From Meiothermus sp. (GTDB lineage Bacteria > Deinococcota > Deinococci > Deinococcales > Thermaceae), in contig JANRLD010000075.1 of NCBI GenBank assembly GCA_033762915.1, forward strand, positions 1 through 64,000: a stretch of 64,000 nt of DNA, in the 5' to 3' direction. Position numbers and translations under genes: made by a program. Positions 60,120-64,000 of the stretch are shown here, one piece after another (the stretch's first letter is position 1; each line of letters begins with the position of its first letter). Under the pieces are notes generated by a model. The model made no database searches and was not told where the DNA came from. It was given only the letters and a program-made list of their open reading frames with translations.

Positions 60120-61067
60120 ATGGCCATCCACCGGTTCACCCCCACCCACTATTTCAACACCCTCGGTAGCCACCCAGCCGTCTTGAAGGTAAGGCCCGGC
60201 GACACCATAATCACCACCTGTGTGGACGCTCGAGGCCTCGACGCCAACGACCACCAGGCCACGCCTCCCGGCAACCCCATGACCGGTCCGTTCTGGCTCG
60301 AGGGCGCAGAGCCCGGCGACACCCTGGTAGTCAAGATCGAGCGCCTGACCCCCACCCGCAAGCGCGGCTGGTCGGGGGCGGTGCTGGCCTCCAACGTAGT
60401 GGACCCCTGGGACGTGCCCCAATTGCTGCGGGCCAAGGGCGACCTGCGCCACGTAAACTGGCAGCTCGACGGCGATCGGGCCAGGCTTGACCACCCCGAC
60501 AGCCCACTGCATGGCTTCGAGGTGCAGCTCGAGCCGATGCTGGGCTGCTTTGGGGTGGCCGCTGAGGACGGCCAGGCCATCAGCACGGCCACCTCCGGCA
60601 ACCACGGCGGCAACATGGACTACCGGGGTTTTGGCGAGGGCTGCACGGTCTACTTCCCGGTATTTGCCGAGGGCGGGCTGTTCTTCCTTGGCGACGGCCA
60701 CGCCTTGCAGGGCGACGGCGAGATTGCCGGAACTGGCATCGAGGTCTCGACCGAGGTGCAGTTCACTCTTGAACTCCTCGAGGGCAAGCGGATCGGCTGG
60801 CCCAGGGGCGAGAATGCCGACTACATCTTCACTGTGGGCAATGCCCGTCCGCTCGACCAATGTGTGCAGCACGCCACCAGCGAGATGCTGCGCTGGCTGA
60901 TGTCCGACTATGGCCTCGACGCGGTGGCGGCATCGCAGCTGATGGGTCAGGGTGTGCGCTACGACCTCGGCAACGTCTTCGACCCGGCCTACACCATGGT
61001 CTGCAAGATGCCCAAGCGGCTGCTCGAGCGGGCCGTGGAGAGCCTGAAAGGTAAGGCAGGGGGCTGA
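60120..61067 (+). CDS. Acetamidase/formamidase family protein
   Basis: TGPF..EGAEPGD, HGGNMD, LGDGHALQGDGE..GTGIE. Confidence 0.9.
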   Translation: MAIHRFTPTHYFNTLGSHPAVLKVRPGDTIITTCVDARGLDANDHQATPPGNPMTGPFWLEGAEPGDTLVVKIERLTPTRKRGWSGAVLASNVVDPWDVPQLLRAKGDLRHVNWQLDGDRARLDHPDSPLHGFEVQLEPMLGCFGVAAEDGQAISTATSGNHGGNMDYRGFGEGCTVYFPVFAEGGLFFLGDGHALQGDGEIAGTGIEVSTEVQFTLELLEGKRIGWPRGENADYIFTVGNARPLDQCVQHATSEMLRWLMSDYGLDAVAASQLMGQGVRYDLGNVFDPAYTMVCKMPKRLLERAVESLKGKAGG

Positions 61068-61329
61068 AGGGCTCGAGAAGCAGGTCCTCGGCATCCCCCG
61101 GCAATTCAGAGCGGTTCTCACGAACACTCGGTGCGGCGGCTTTTGCCGTACCGAGTGCACCACTCCGCACCATGGGCGGAGTTTGGGTTGGAAACGCGAT
61201 AGGGAGTACATTACCTGCCGCCGCGAGGAAGGTAATGGTAGGAAACGGGATCAGGCTTGCGTTCAAAGGGTTTTTTGGGCTGTAAGTATCTCCGTAGTTG
61301 AAACGCAGGAACCCGCCCCGAAACACCCG

Positions 61330-61399
61330 TAGGGAATTGCGCCAGACACGTGTTTTCGGCGGTCGCTGGTCATGCAAATCTGTCCTGGCGCAACTAAAG
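61330..61399 (+). repeat. Short member of the TTGCGCC/GGCGCAA dispersed repeat
   Basis: TAGGGAATTGCGCCAG ... CTGGCGCAACTAAAG. Confidence 0.6.
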
Positions 61400-61523
61400 A
61401 CACGAGAAAGCTTTGCCCAAAGGGGCTACTCCACCCCCTGCAGTATCGGCAAGAGATGCTGCAGAGGTCCCCTTTGGCTATTTTGGGGAATCGCCGCCAA
61501 CTTCGAGACCTTGCCCTCGGCCC

Positions 61524-63584
61524 TCACTTCACCTGAGTCGCCTGAATTGCCGTGAGCGCAATGGTGTACACAATGTCGTCCACCAGAGCACCTCGGCTCA
61601 GGTCGTTCACCGGTTTCCTTAGCCCCTGGAGCATCGGCCCAACACTCACCACGCCAGCGCTACGCTGGACGGCTTTGTAGGTGGTGTTGCCGGTGTTCAG
61701 GTCGGGGAAGATGAAGACCGTGGCCCGGCCAGCCACGGGGCTGCCCGGGGCTTTCTGGCGGCCCACGCTCTCCACGCTGGCGGCGTCGTACTGTAAGGGG
61801 CCGTCGATCATCAAATCGGGGCGCTTGGACTTGGCGATTTGGGTGGCCCTGGCGACCTTTTCCACGTCGTCGCCCGCACCAGAAGTGCCAGTGCTGTAAG
61901 AGATCATCGCAACCCTGGGCACGATTCCGAAGGCAGCAGCCGAGTCTGCCGACTGGATGGCGATGTCGGCGAGTTCCTCGGGGGTTGGGTCGGGGTTCAC
62001 CGCGCAGTCGCCGTAGACCAGCACCTGGTCGGGCATCAGCATGAAAAAGACGCTGCTGACCAGGGCGGCGCTGGGTGCGGTCTTGATGAGCTGGAGTGCT
62101 GGCCGGATGGTGTTGGCGGTGGTGTGGATTGCGCCGGAGACCAGACCGTCCACCTCGCCCAGGGCCAGCATCATGGTTCCCAGCACCACCGAGTCCTCGA
62201 GCTGCTGTTCGGCCATAGGGTCGGTTAGGCCCTTGTGCTTGCGCAGCTCCACCATTGGCCCGATGTACTTGGCCCTGACAGCGTCGGGGTCGATGATTTG
62301 CACGCTGCTGGGGAGCTTGACGCCTTGGGCTTCGGCAACTGCATGCACCGAGTCGGGCTTGGCCAGCAAAATACACTGAGCGATGCCCTTCTCGTGGCAG
62401 ATGGCGGCGGCCCGCACGGTGCGCGGTTCGTCGCCCTCGGGTAACACGATGCGCTTGCGGGCAGCGCTGGCTTTCTTGATCAGCTCGTAGCGGAAGGCCG
62501 GGGGGGTCATGCGGCGCTCGTGGGGCTCGGCGATGCGCGAGAGCAGCGGGGTCAGCTCGAGCTTGTCCGCCACGTAGTCCAGCACCCGCTCGACGCGCTC
62601 GAGGTCGTCGAGGGGGATCTGGGTGTCCATCAAATTGAGCCGCCCGGCGGTGGTGTAGGTGTCGGTCTCGACCATCAGTACCGGCAGGCTCGAGGTGAGG
62701 GCGACCCGGCAGAGGCGCTGGATGGGCTCTTCGGGGGGGTAGTTCCAGGTCAGGAGCAGGCCCGCCAGCGGTACCCCGCTTAGATGCGCCAGCGAGGCCG
62801 CCATCACCACGTCCTCGCGGTCTCCGGAGGTGATCACCAGCGCCCCCGGCGTGAAGAGGTTGACGATATTGGGCACGCTGCGGGCAGCGATAAAGGTCTT
62901 CTGCACCCGTCGGCTTTCCATCTCGCCCGCATTGACCACCGTCGCTCCCAGGTGCCGCGCCACATCGGCCACCCTGGGGGCGGCGATGGCCGGGTTGACC
63001 GGGATTGAGCCCAGCTGGGTCAACTTGCTGTCCAGCAGCTTCCTGCGGCTGCGCAGCTTGGAGGTGTAGCTCTGGTCGGCTGGGGGGGCGTAGTTGAGGA
63101 TGTAGCCGGCCACCGCATCGCCGTAACCGGGCAGCATTAGCTCCATCTGGTCGGCAACCTCCTTGGGAGTGCTGCCCTGCAAGGAGGCCACCAGGATCAC
63201 GGCGGCCTCGAGGTTTCTGGCCAGTTCGGCATTGAGCTGGGCCGCGTAGGGGTTGCCCGCATGGAGGGCCAGCCCCTCCACCACCACCGCATCGGCCCCC
63301 TCGGCGGCCTGGGCATAGACCCGCACCACCTCCTCCATCAGGTCGTCGGTTTGGCCCTCGGTCAGCAACCGTTCGGCCCGCTCGAGGGGTATGGGGTCGG
63401 GAACTGGGATGCGGCCGACCTCGCGGGCAAAGTGCACGCTGCGCTCCACGGCGGTGTAGTCCTGGGCAATCGGCTTGCAAAACCCGACCTTCAGTCCGGT
63501 TCGTTCGAGGGCGCGAACCACCCCCAGCGCGGCGCTGGTCAGGCCGACCGAGGGACGGGTGGGAGCGACAAACAGGGCCTTCAT
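61524..63584 (-). CDS. pta: Phosphate acetyltransferase (long form with DRTGG domain)
   Basis: [38 protein letters not shown]. Confidence 0.96.
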   Translation of the reverse strand: MKALFVAPTRPSVGLTSAALGVVRALERTGLKVGFCKPIAQDYTAVERSVHFAREVGRIPVPDPIPLERAERLLTEGQTDDLMEEVVRVYAQAAEGADAVVVEGLALHAGNPYAAQLNAELARNLEAAVILVASLQGSTPKEVADQMELMLPGYGDAVAGYILNYAPPADQSYTSKLRSRRKLLDSKLTQLGSIPVNPAIAAPRVADVARHLGATVVNAGEMESRRVQKTFIAARSVPNIVNLFTPGALVITSGDREDVVMAASLAHLSGVPLAGLLLTWNYPPEEPIQRLCRVALTSSLPVLMVETDTYTTAGRLNLMDTQIPLDDLERVERVLDYVADKLELTPLLSRIAEPHERRMTPPAFRYELIKKASAARKRIVLPEGDEPRTVRAAAICHEKGIAQCILLAKPDSVHAVAEAQGVKLPSSVQIIDPDAVRAKYIGPMVELRKHKGLTDPMAEQQLEDSVVLGTMMLALGEVDGLVSGAIHTTANTIRPALQLIKTAPSAALVSSVFFMLMPDQVLVYGDCAVNPDPTPEELADIAIQSADSAAAFGIVPRVAMISYSTGTSGAGDDVEKVARATQIAKSKRPDLMIDGPLQYDAASVESVGRQKAPGSPVAGRATVFIFPDLNTGNTTYKAVQRSAGVVSVGPMLQGLRKPVNDLSRGALVDDIVYTIALTAIQATQVK

Positions 63585-63668
63585 GTGGCGTCCAGTATAC
63601 GGACGAGTTGTGCGCAGATGGTGCCCGACCACCCTCGAGTCCGCTGCCCTCGAGTAAACTCTAGCGCG

Positions 63669-64000
63669 ATGAAGAGAATCGTGGTGCTCGGCTCGACGGG
63701 TTCAATCGGAACCCAGACCCTGGACGTGTGCCGCTGGCGGGGGTACGCGGTGGTCGGGCTGGTGGCGGGCAAAAATCTCGAGCTGCTGGCCCGGCAGATC
63801 GAGGAGTTCCGGCCCGAGGTGGTGGCGGCGGACGCGGGGCTGCTGCCCGAACTCCGCAGCCGCTTTCCGGGGCTGCGGGTGACCGACGCGCTCGAGGTGG
63901 CCGCCCACCCTGCCGATGTGGTGGTGGGGGCTGTCCCGGGGTTGGCGGGCCTCCCGGGCGTGCGGGTTGCGGTGGAACAGGGCCGCCGGATGGCCCTTGC
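63669..64000 (+). CDS. dxr: 1-deoxy-D-xylulose 5-phosphate reductoisomerase (runs off the window end)
   Basis: Manual translation [20 protein letters not shown]...G.AGL......V..G.RMAL. Confidence 0.93.
   Translation, partial: MKRIVVLGSTGSIGTQTLDVCRWRGYAVVGLVAGKNLELLARQIEEFRPEVVAADAGLLPELRSRFPGLRVTDALEVAAHPADVVVGAVPGLAGLPGVRVAVEQGRRMAL

Noticed and set aside
61660..63480. 606-aa alternative-frame ORF inside pta
   Set aside because: Arg/Pro/Gly-rich off-frame reading with no domain features.

Overview
GC-rich bacterial chromosome segment. Gene content, leaderless starts and very frequent CTCGAG point to Thermaceae (Meiothermus/Calidithermus-like); this is an inference. The flanks are housekeeping or metabolic: pstSCAB, a ugp-like ABC system with a phosphodiesterase, an orphan OmpR/MprA-type regulator, ruvC, a GcvT-type dehydrogenase, azoR, rnj, pnp, apaG, a glucose ABC system with a ROK regulator, pta and dxr. 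An accessory region spans about 27-51 kb and has three parts. (i) A conflict module: a degenerate Swt1-like HEPN gene, Trypco1, and a NACHT-repeat-CHAT gene broken by one in-frame TAA. (ii) Two SARP/BTAD-TPR regulators among secreted lipoprotein genes. Six promoters share an 11-bp-period GTTAAGACC direct repeat placed exactly 7 bp before a -10-like hexamer, and a second 11-bp-period motif (TGGAACGC) also occurs. (iii) The most unusual signal: paralogous small lipoproteins and a secreted micro-peptide (44.7-48.6 kb) carry short peptides resembling conserved signatures of T6SS Hcp, contractile-injection tail tubes, eCIS-type AAA ATPases and pilin N-termini, although no such machine is encoded in the window. 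These motif assignments come from recalled family consensus and need HMM/BLAST confirmation. I saw no rRNA, tRNA, CRISPR array or intact transposase.
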